Shown here: in pieces, positions 48,135 to 56,258 of the stretch | Layout of the letters: every line of letters starts with the position of its first letter | Position numbering within the stretch: position 1 is the stretch's first letter | Source of the DNA: Candidatus Saccharimonadota bacterium | GTDB lineage: Bacteria > Patescibacteriota > Saccharimonadia > Saccharimonadales > Saccharimonadaceae | Assembly (NCBI GenBank): GCA_002726935.1 | Contig: PBTC01000014.1 | Span: 66,218-130,217 of the forward strand | Length of the DNA: 64,000 nucleotides | Direction of reading: 5' to 3' | Notes under the pieces: generated by a model | The model's input: only the letters and a program-made list of their open reading frames with translations | What the model was told of the DNA's origin: nothing | The model's database searches: none | Position numbers and translations under genes: made by a program

Positions 48135-49313
48135 ATGATTGTAGAAGGCATTATTCGCACCAAAACCAAAATCCACGTCACCAGTGCGATTGACTCAAGT
48201 ACAAAAATTAACGCAGACGGCCAGATTGGCACCGAGGACGCTCGCATTCCATTGGCCCGTACCTATCGCACGGTGGCCTTCACCCCAGGCGGAGGACGAG
48301 TTGAGGTGCCTTTTGTTCCTGGTAACTCGATTGTCGGCCGGATGCGTCGAGCGGCGGCAACAATGATTGCGAAATCCTTGCGGGCTCGAGAACAGCAGAT
48401 CACCCGCACGACGTACCGCGGCATCAGTTGTGGCGCTGCCGATCCCAAGCCGGAGATGAATGGCCTGCAGGTTGACGAGTTCGAGCGCTATCTGAAAGAT
48501 CCGCATATTGGGTTGTTTGGCGGTGGCAAGCGTCTGTATGAAGGTGGTTTCAAGATGTTTGACTTGCTACCGGTGACCATGGCCACCATCGAAGCCGGCA
48601 TGGTGCCAGCGGAGTACGCCGAGCACATGGCGATGCTGTCCGCTGGCGAAGATGGCCGTCCAGCGATTCGGGTGACCGGCATTGATGTCCTCCACCGCCG
48701 CGACGATCTTCTGGACGGCGCCAGCGAGGAAGTGGTCTCCACAATTTCCGATTACGAGGGTCTCTTTGGCGACATGAAGCAAGAAGCAGCTCGCAAGGTG
48801 CAGGCCGCGGCAAAGCGCGCAGGCGTAAAGCTGGGCGAGGAAGAAAAGGCAGCAGACCGAGTTTCCATGAGCCAGCAATCGGCTCGGGAGTACATCGTCC
48901 CAGGGGTTGCCATGCACTTTAAGGCGGCGCTGAAAAAGCGTGTGACCAAAGAACAACTGGGTATCTGGGTCTTGAGCCTTCAGGAGGTATTCAACACAAA
49001 CGAGTTTGGCGGCGTGTCCCACCTTGGTTACGGCGAACTGAATCTGGCGGATGCGGCCGTAAACTTGGTGCTTCATGGTGCCGAAAAGTCTGCTCCCCTA
49101 TTCTCTTTGGTTCGCGAAGGCGGTCGCGATCAGTTGATCATTTCCCACCCAGAGGCCAAAGAGGCCGCGAAAGCTGCTTCCGAATGGATCTCTGGCGTTA
49201 CAAATGAGAGCTTTGAGTCCTTTTATGTCGCATCCGCTCCACCTGCTGCCGAAGGTGCCAAGGCGGCCAGGGGCAAGAAGTCTGCCGAAGGCGAGGAAGA
49301 GGTAGCAGCATGA
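48135..49313 (+). CDS. csf2: Type IV backbone Csf2 (Cas7)
   Basis: VPFVPGNSIVGRMRR, IGLFGGG, FGGVSHLGYG. Confidence 0.9.
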   Translation: MIVEGIIRTKTKIHVTSAIDSSTKINADGQIGTEDARIPLARTYRTVAFTPGGGRVEVPFVPGNSIVGRMRRAAATMIAKSLRAREQQITRTTYRGISCGAADPKPEMNGLQVDEFERYLKDPHIGLFGGGKRLYEGGFKMFDLLPVTMATIEAGMVPAEYAEHMAMLSAGEDGRPAIRVTGIDVLHRRDDLLDGASEEVVSTISDYEGLFGDMKQEAARKVQAAAKRAGVKLGEEEKAADRVSMSQQSAREYIVPGVAMHFKAALKKRVTKEQLGIWVLSLQEVFNTNEFGGVSHLGYGELNLADAAVNLVLHGAEKSAPLFSLVREGGRDQLIISHPEAKEAAKAASEWISGVTNESFESFYVASAPPAAEGAKAARGKKSAEGEEEVAA

Positions 49314-50020
49314 GTCACGCGCCGAGGCATGAACCATTCCGCGTCGATTTCATGATGTGCGCGCCGGTGCAAATGGACTACCTGCCCACGCATCTGGATG
49401 GGCTCTTGTCCTGGGCGTTCCTTCAGGAGCGTCTTGCGCTTTTTGCCTCGGGTGCCGTTGATCATGCGCCCGACCCAACGGACCTGGAGTCCGACATCTA
49501 CACCGCTCTTCCCCTGGACAAAGAAGATGACACCTTTTGCGCTAGCGTTATCTTGCCTCAAGAGGTGTTGGGTTCCTCCACGCGCTTTTACACTCGTTCA
49601 TCCGACGCCAATGCGCTGGCAAGTATCTCGATCGATGACGCGCACACAGGCAAAGGGGTTATTCTTAACCAGTCACGCATGCGTCAGATTCAAACTGCTC
49701 GAGGCCAGTTGAAAACTTGCTTGAACACTGAGCAGGTCATGCACTCCCCTGTCTTTACGGCCTACGGGATTGGCGAGATCGACAGAGTTCGAGAGCTTCT
49801 GTGTACCCATGTCTTTGGTTTGGGCAAAAACAGAGCCAAAGGATTTGGCTCACTTAGATCCATCGAGGTGAGCCCTGACGAGGATGCGAAAGAATATTGG
49901 AAGCTACGCGCAATGAGGGACAAGGAGGACGGCTATATCCCCATGGTAACTCCTCTTCGTCCTCCATATTGGAATAAGGCGGCCGCACGCATCGCGTACA
50001 TGCCCAAAGACGTTCTCTAA
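49310..50020 (+). CDS. csf3: Type IV Csf3 (Cas5)
   Basis: PTHLDGLLSWA, GLGKNRAKGFG, RPPYW. Confidence 0.88.
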   Translation: MSHAPRHEPFRVDFMMCAPVQMDYLPTHLDGLLSWAFLQERLALFASGAVDHAPDPTDLESDIYTALPLDKEDDTFCASVILPQEVLGSSTRFYTRSSDANALASISIDDAHTGKGVILNQSRMRQIQTARGQLKTCLNTEQVMHSPVFTAYGIGEIDRVRELLCTHVFGLGKNRAKGFGSLRSIEVSPDEDAKEYWKLRAMRDKEDGYIPMVTPLRPPYWNKAAARIAYMPKDVL

Positions 50021-50061
50021 GAACCATCAGCTCTTTAAAAACATAATCTTATTTTTGATCA
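50021..50061 (+). promoter_or_regulatory. Short AT-rich CRISPR leader (41 nt)
   Basis: AT-rich gap between the csf3 stop and repeat 1. Confidence 0.5.
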
Positions 50062-52110
50062 GTTGCATAGCTCTGCTTATTTTCAGGGCATGAAAGATTG
50101 TGAAAAAAATCAGGCGCGTCAGGCATGTTTCATTGCCCTCCTCATTGTCAGGGCATGAAAGTTCACGAAGCAGAGCAAGTCCTTCTTCAGGTTGAATAGC
50201 CCTGCTCATTGTAAGGGCATATAAGTCAGCATCTTGCTGATGATCACCTCCCGCTGTTGCAAGGCCCTGCTTATTGTCAGGGAATGAAAGTGTCCTACAT
50301 CAGCAAACTTACTAATCTCAGTTGCAAGGCCCTGCTCATTGTCAGGGCATGAAAGTTTCCACATTACAGCCGACAGTGTTGGTGGGTTGCATGGCCCTGC
50401 TCATTGTCAGGGCATGAAAGACACACCGTAGCTCAACCACAAATTCTTGTGTTGCATGGCCCTGCTTATTGTCAGGGCATGTAAGTTAGCCGCGTCCTTA
50501 TCTTCGTTGTACGAAGTTGCATAGCCCTGCTTATTGTCAGGGCGTGAAAGGCCTTTTCGCTGGCTAGTGTAGTGTTCTTTGTTACAACGCCCTGCTATTT
50601 TTCAGGGCATGAAAGAATCATTGCGCTATTTGAAAAAGGTGCCTAGTTGCATGGCCCCGTCCTTTGTCGGGGCATGAAAGTTGGCGATCTGCGGATAGTT
50701 GAATTCGCTCGTTGCATGGCCCAGCTTATTGTCAGGGCATGAAAGGGACTTGCCCACGGTTGAGATTTCAGTATTGTTGTATGGCCCTGCTCATTGCCAG
50801 GGCATGAAAGTAGTCAGGTGATTGCATTCATCAGTGCTATGTCGCATGGCCCTGCTCATTGTCAGGGCATGAAAATAGTGACATCCAGTCCATGAGGGAA
50901 TCGTTGTTGCACAGCCCTGCTCATTTGTAGGGCATAAAAGGATCAGCACCCATGTAGGTCGCTCCTGTGCGTTAGATTGCCCTGCTCATTGTCAGGGCAT
51001 GAAAGTATTTCCTGCAATTCATACATAGGTGTGCCGTTGAATAGCCCTGTTCAGTGTCAGGGCATGAAAGAAGGTGTCGAATTAAAAGCTGAAAAAAATG
51101 CGTTGCATGGCCCTGCTCGTTTTTAGGGCATGAAAGTAGAAATCCCATCGAATTGATTTCTCGATCGGCTGTATAGCCCTGCTGGTTACCAGGGCATGAA
51201 AGTAACATGAAGGCTAGAGTGCATGTCCAATGGCTGTATAGCCCTGCTGGTTACCAGGGCATGAAAGTATTTCCTGCAAGTCATACATAGGTGTGCCGTT
51301 GAAGATTCCTGCCTATTGTCAGGGCATGAAAGAAGGTCTTTGTCTTTGAGAAACAAAAGCTGATTGCACTGCCCTGCTCATTGTCAGGGCGTGAAAGTAA
51401 GACGATGACTGTTTTCTTCATTTTGATGGTTGCATGGCCCTGCCGATTGTCAGGGCATTGAAGCAAGTGACCCATGGCTTGTGCTCGTGGTGCGTTGTGT
51501 TGCCCTGCGCATTGCAGGGCATGTAAGACTTTGCTCGCAACTTGTCGCTGAGATAAAGCTGGATTGCCCTGTCTATCGTCAGGGCATGAAAGTCACTGAA
51601 GACTCGCTGCAAGACGAAATAAGTTGCATTTCCCTGCTCTTCGTCAGGGAATGTAAGTGTAGACCATCTGGCTAATTGCGTTTTCTGGTTGCATTGCTCT
51701 GCTCATTGTCAGGGTATGAAAACTGAGTGCCAGATCTTTTTTTTACGTTGCTGTCTTATCGCCCCTTTTTGTAGGGGCATGAAAGTGTTGTGACCCTTGG
51801 AGTCGATCTTTGGGGTTAAATGGCCCTGCTCATTGTCAGGGCATGAAAGAAGCTCCGCAGAATTCACATAGAGTTGAGAGTTGCCTGGCCCTGCTCGTCG
51901 TCTGGGCATGTAAGAATTTGCTCGCAACTTGTCGCTGAGATCAATTTGGATTGCCCTGTTTATCGTCAGGGCATGAACGAGCGGTGCGTGAATCCTTGGG
52001 AAGTGCGCGGTTGTATAGCCCTGTTCGTTGACAGGGTATGGAAGCTAAAACACCCCTATTCTCGGCAACCCCGAGTTTGCATTGCCCTGTTTATTGTCAG
52101 GGCGTGAAAT
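50062..52110 (+). CRISPR. CRISPR array: 32 degenerate repeats (consensus GTTGCATGGCCCTGCTCATTGTCAGGGCATGAAAG, 35 nt) and 31 spacers of 29-31 nt
   Basis: Regular ~65-nt period; GCCCTG/CAGGGC stem plus ATGAAAG 3' handle. Confidence 0.97.
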
Positions 52111-52182
52111 TCACTTCACGACCTGGTGGATCTTCAGGCCAATAGGGTCGATGGGTATTTTTGGGCTTTGAAATTAACTGAA

Positions 52183-52893
52183 TCACCACAAGGGAGGGGC
52201 ACCGAGTGACACCTGCGCGCGCTTTCCAAGCGAAGCCTCAGAAATATTTAAAGAAGGCTCAAGGCGCAACAAGGCCTCTTTGATGGTCGTGTGGTCAGCC
52301 ATAAGGTGGTCAACCGAGGCGCCAGGCTTGATCTCACATAAAGATTTCCAGTTGGCGGTGGTAAGGTCGTGTTGTGAAATCCCGGACGCCAGCGGAAGGC
52401 CGCCGGCTTCATTGACAACCAGAAGCGTTCTTTGCCTGTTCTCATCCACCGTGAATTCAGTGCGTCGACCAAGCCGGTTGATGAACCAGTACGATTTACC
52501 ATCCTCTAGCTTCCACGGGTTGATCCGGTCATGGGGCCTTTGTGCAATCCAGACGCCTACGCCTGGATGAATAACTGGTACCGGAGGAACTCGTATCCCT
52601 GTGCGCTGCTCGAACTCCCCTATCGCATTCTCCAGCAACGTCCACTGGCTTGTATCCACTACGTCGCCCGTCCGGTGTACACGACACCGCCAATCTTCCC
52701 CAGGCTCCTTGTTCTCAACGGTGAAGCGCTCATAGTCCCCAGATCCGTCTTTCTTGCTTTGAATCACCCCGATTAACACCGCGCAATCCGGCGTGCCGTC
52801 CTCAATGTCCACATGGTCGGCCATCAGCACCTGCCCCCGGTTCTCATGCAGATCTTTGTAGGTCACCTTGGTCTGAACTTTGATAGGCATCAC
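52183..52893 (-). CDS. Hypothetical protein, tandem paralog A
   Basis: KVTYKDLH...INPWKLEDG..Y..INR.GRR.EF shared with 52914-53630. Confidence 0.7.
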   Translation of the reverse strand: MMPIKVQTKVTYKDLHENRGQVLMADHVDIEDGTPDCAVLIGVIQSKKDGSGDYERFTVENKEPGEDWRCRVHRTGDVVDTSQWTLLENAIGEFEQRTGIRVPPVPVIHPGVGVWIAQRPHDRINPWKLEDGKSYWFINRLGRRTEFTVDENRQRTLLVVNEAGGLPLASGISQHDLTTANWKSLCEIKPGASVDHLMADHTTIKEALLRLEPSLNISEASLGKRAQVSLGAPPLW

Positions 52894-52913
52894 GATATTG
52901 TTCTCCCTGGCGC

Positions 52914-53630
52914 CTAAAATGAGGGCGACGAAGACTTTGCTGCAGTCGTAGGAAGGCTCAAGCTATCAAGCGTCGTTGAAAACTCAGGATTAAGCGACAT
53001 TAACGCATTTTTGATCTCTTGTGGTCCCACAAGAAGCCTCTCCTCAGCAGGGCTCGCTCCAAGAACTCGGATGGTTCTCCAATCCTCGGCGCCCAGGTAG
53101 GCCGCTGGTACCCTCGGTCCTTCCTCCGTGTCTAACCAAATGCCACCGCCCTCCCCTAGTCTCGCTAAGAATTCCTTGCGCTTTCCGTAGCGGTTGATAC
53201 TTGCGTATCTCTGGCCATCTTCTAGCTTCCATGGATTAATAGTCTTGGTAGAGTTTCTAGCCTCCCAAATCCCTACGCCTGGGCTTATTACTGGGATTTG
53301 TGGAAGCACAACCCCGGTGGCTTTCTCAAAGGCCGTGATTGCATTAGGAAGCGTCATGGGCTGGTGCCTTTGGGGCGCGATCTTGGCCCATTCGTCCACG
53401 AAAACCCAATATTGGCCGCCTTCATGGAAGTCAATCAAAAAGTAGTCATGGCCATCTTCGCGAATCCTGTTTTCAATCTTCAAGCCGGCCACGATGCTGC
53501 CCGTGGGCCGCCCGCTTTCTATCCAAACGCCATTGGCTACTAAGGCCTCTCCCGGATGTGCGTGAAGGTCAGAGAAAGTGATCTTCGGCTTCCTGGTGAT
53601 TGGAATGATGTGCTCTTTTGTTGCTGTCAT
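52914..53630 (-). CDS. Hypothetical protein, tandem paralog B; C-tail AAKSSSPSF
   Basis: KITFSDLH...INPWKLEDG..Y..INR.GKRKEF. Confidence 0.7.
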   Translation of the reverse strand: MTATKEHIIPITRKPKITFSDLHAHPGEALVANGVWIESGRPTGSIVAGLKIENRIREDGHDYFLIDFHEGGQYWVFVDEWAKIAPQRHQPMTLPNAITAFEKATGVVLPQIPVISPGVGIWEARNSTKTINPWKLEDGQRYASINRYGKRKEFLARLGEGGGIWLDTEEGPRVPAAYLGAEDWRTIRVLGASPAEERLLVGPQEIKNALMSLNPEFSTTLDSLSLPTTAAKSSSPSF

Positions 53631-53673
53631 AAGGCGCCTTTTTGCAATGGTTATGCTTGCCTGGGTAAAAATG

Positions 53674-54051
53674 CTAGGCCGCTTTGGGAATCAGGTGTGC
53701 GAATTCCTGTTGGCGGTCGATCAAGTGATCGTGGTAGTGGGTATGGCCCTTCCTGAGCGTTACCCCAAGAACGCTAACGCCATTAAAGGAGTGCCCGTCG
53801 TAATAGAGGTCCTCAATACTCGGCTTTCTAAACAGCTTGAGCGGATTGAATTCCAACGCAACAAAGGTGTGGTCTTCGGATTCATTTACTCGGCCCATTG
53901 CGGAATTGTAGTAGCGAATGCGCGATCGAAGAAGTGAAAGTTCAATCCTTAATTCTAGGCCGCTTCTGGACATTGACAACGCTGGCTCTTTGGCTCGGAT
54001 GACTTCAGTTCGGGAATAGAACTTGGCGGTGGAGCGCGTTTTCTTGGGCAT
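53674..54051 (-). CDS. Hypothetical protein
   Basis: ORF with GAGG SD. Confidence 0.55.
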   Translation of the reverse strand: MPKKTRSTAKFYSRTEVIRAKEPALSMSRSGLELRIELSLLRSRIRYYNSAMGRVNESEDHTFVALEFNPLKLFRKPSIEDLYYDGHSFNGVSVLGVTLRKGHTHYHDHLIDRQQEFAHLIPKAA

Positions 54052-54208
54052 CGTCTGTACCTCTTGAAGGGGCCTTTGTTCAAACGAGACCCTAGTGAGT
54101 TATGCCTTAACTTTAGCACAAAAGTTGACTGCATAAAATAAATAATCTATCAATAAAATCAGTTTCTCCCATTAACCCGTAGAGTCTCCTTGTAGCAGAG
54201 ATGGCTCA

Positions 54209-55102
54209 TCACATCGAAAATTTGCTCCCTGGGGGACTTCCTGGTTTCATGGCTGCATTTGCTTTTTCAATCACCGTAGACAACGACGAACCCAGATACC
54301 CCCAGAAATCCGGATTCTGGATTGTCTCAACCGAAACCCTTGTAGGCAGAAATCTTGCCATCTCGGACTCGAAATCAGCTCTAGTTTCGTCGGCATTTAG
54401 GACCTGATCTTTGTGTTTCTCTATCAATCCAAGGAATTCGTTTTGGTCTTTCCCCCTCATTTCCAGCTTCTGGGTGATGTGCGCTCGGGAGGCTTCAGCA
54501 CGCTGACGTGTTAACCAAACGATATCCCACAAATCACGAGGTTTGATTCTTCGCTCACGATAGGCAAAGGCAATCAGTTTGTCTGCCATGATTTCATTAA
54601 GACTTTGCACGGGCACAAGAACGCCAGAGACCTGAGAGCCAATGCCGTAATGGTCTTCGAGCGGCCTGTTTAGGACGCTAAGTGAGTCATATGCACAGAC
54701 ATCGATGTGCAAACGTTGCGAAGGAAGATCTTTTCTGTAAGAATCCCGCGTAATGGTCACTCTCCAGCTCGCAGTATCCCCTCTCATTTCAGTTGGTGAT
54801 CCTACTGAAACCGGCAACCCATATTTCGTCTCAAGGCATTCTTTAAGGTGAGCATCGAGACCATCAAAAGATTTTGGATTGAAGTTCACTCCAGCAGTGA
54901 AATCTAGGTCTTCGGACAATCGATTGGAGCCGTAACACATCCTGAGCGATGTGCCTCCAATGAATGTGATCTGGCTTAATACTCCCGCATTCTTTAGAGC
55001 CTGCATCAAATCGTGATGCAAGACCTCCTTTTCTACGGCAGCCTCCAAACCCACGTACTCGGGGTGCCGGCTAATTACATCCTTGACTATCTCATTAAGC
55101 AT
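54209..55102 (-). CDS. AbiEii-family nucleotidyltransferase toxin; C-tail KPGSPPGSKFSM
   Basis: EKEVLHHDL, FIGGTSLRMCYGSNRLSEDLDF, KPRDLWD. Confidence 0.88.
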   Translation of the reverse strand: MLNEIVKDVISRHPEYVGLEAAVEKEVLHHDLMQALKNAGVLSQITFIGGTSLRMCYGSNRLSEDLDFTAGVNFNPKSFDGLDAHLKECLETKYGLPVSVGSPTEMRGDTASWRVTITRDSYRKDLPSQRLHIDVCAYDSLSVLNRPLEDHYGIGSQVSGVLVPVQSLNEIMADKLIAFAYRERRIKPRDLWDIVWLTRQRAEASRAHITQKLEMRGKDQNEFLGLIEKHKDQVLNADETRADFESEMARFLPTRVSVETIQNPDFWGYLGSSLSTVIEKANAAMKPGSPPGSKFSM

Positions 55103-55640
55103 TTAGAACCTCCTCTTCAATCATGTGGATGTTCCTTCCCACCCGCCTAAGGTCTCTTAGTGCTAGCTCTGGGCGAGCCCTAAAATATCCAATCTCGGAG
55201 TCAAAATACAGGCAGTCCATTATTTCGAAAGGATCTTTTTTTGTATGCGTAAATTCAATCGTGCCGAAGTCGGTTCGATGGGCCCCAGAGCGTCCACTGG
55301 TCATCACCGTGAGATATCCAAATTGAACTTGGGAAATCCATCCGGCGCGGCTTAGCTCGGTCTCAAGCGAAACGTACATGAAGTCATACGGCCTGATTAG
55401 TCGAGCGACGCGCTCAAGCGTACCGATTTTATTCGGTGGGCTTAATGGGTTGATATAAAGGCCTCGCCCGACTTTTCTTAAGTATCCGGCCTTTGTCACT
55501 TTCGAGAGAGTCTGAGCAAAAGCAAGGTCTGGCTTTCTGCAAGACAGTAGCGCCAGGTCGCTAGTCGTGAACACGCCTAGATGCCCTGCATTCACGCACG
55601 CTACAGTCTTTTCAGATAGGCATCTGCCAAGTGTTGCCAT
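55095..55640 (-). CDS. AbiEi-family antitoxin
   Basis: Winged-helix N-term (LRKVGRGLYINP), YVSLETELSRAGWISQ; ATG 55640 after AAGGAGG. Confidence 0.85.
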   Translation of the reverse strand: MATLGRCLSEKTVACVNAGHLGVFTTSDLALLSCRKPDLAFAQTLSKVTKAGYLRKVGRGLYINPLSPPNKIGTLERVARLIRPYDFMYVSLETELSRAGWISQVQFGYLTVMTSGRSGAHRTDFGTIEFTHTKKDPFEIMDCLYFDSEIGYFRARPELALRDLRRVGRNIHMIEEEVLNA

Positions 55641-55663
55641 GTTTGACCTCCTTGCGCTAAGTT

Positions 55664-55696
55664 TACAATACTTGCCTGTATATTCCAAGTATTGTA
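55664..55696. promoter_or_regulatory. Inverted repeat TACAATACTTG-N11-CAAGTATTGTA, candidate AbiEi operator
   Basis: Perfect 11-bp arms just upstream of the abiEi SD. Confidence 0.7.
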
Positions 55697-55706
55697 CACA
55701 TCTAGC

Positions 55707-56201
55707 TTATTCCGCCAGGCAAGGGTTGTTTGGATCGAATGCTCCGTTGTTGGCGGTGGCTGACTTGATTTGGGTTGGGAAGAAGGCGACGACTTCCGTG
55801 ATGTTTCCGGTCTCATCTTTCGCAATGAGCCCATCGAATCCCTTTAGCTCTAGGTCGGCTTTGTCAGCAAAGGAGAGGTACTCAATTTCATCTTGACCAA
55901 CGTATTTTGGGTTTTTTACGGCAAGATAGCAGTCGAGCACATTGGCCCCATACTGCTTGGCCAGGGCCGCATTCGGCGTGAAGTAAAAGCCGGCGTCATC
56001 GCCTCCCGATCTCCAGGCTTTGTCTTGGTCGAAGGCCGAAAACTGGGCGTCAGTGCCGTGGTACACAATGAGGGGCTGACCGGATTGGCAAAGAACTTTG
56101 CTGCCTTCAAACCATTTTTTAAATGGCTTAGTTTCTAACTTGCCAGCAGTAGGCATCATAGATGCTGGCAAGGGTGTGCGTTTGTTGACATTGAAATCCA
56201 T
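55707..56201 (-). CDS. Stand-alone ART-PolyVal-type ADP-ribosyltransferase
   Basis: GQPLIVYHGT..FSAFD, GFYFT..A..A.QYG, YLAVKNP, GFDGLI, EVVAFFPTQIKSATANNGAFDPNNP. Confidence 0.85.
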   Translation of the reverse strand: MDFNVNKRTPLPASMMPTAGKLETKPFKKWFEGSKVLCQSGQPLIVYHGTDAQFSAFDQDKAWRSGGDDAGFYFTPNAALAKQYGANVLDCYLAVKNPKYVGQDEIEYLSFADKADLELKGFDGLIAKDETGNITEVVAFFPTQIKSATANNGAFDPNNPCLAE

Positions 56202-56258
56202 TTTTGATGCCTGTCTCTGAATTGAAGGAGGCTATAAACTGCGCTATTTGACCACGGT

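Noticed and set aside
50027-52107. ORF-track entries across the CRISPR array
   Set aside because: They are translations of repeats (recurring SCPDNEQG/ALLIVRA peptides), not genes
43504-52110. Type IV-B or type I/III classification
   Set aside because: DinG and a Cas6-like Csf5 are present; no CysH-like, Cas3, Cas10 or small-subunit gene was seen
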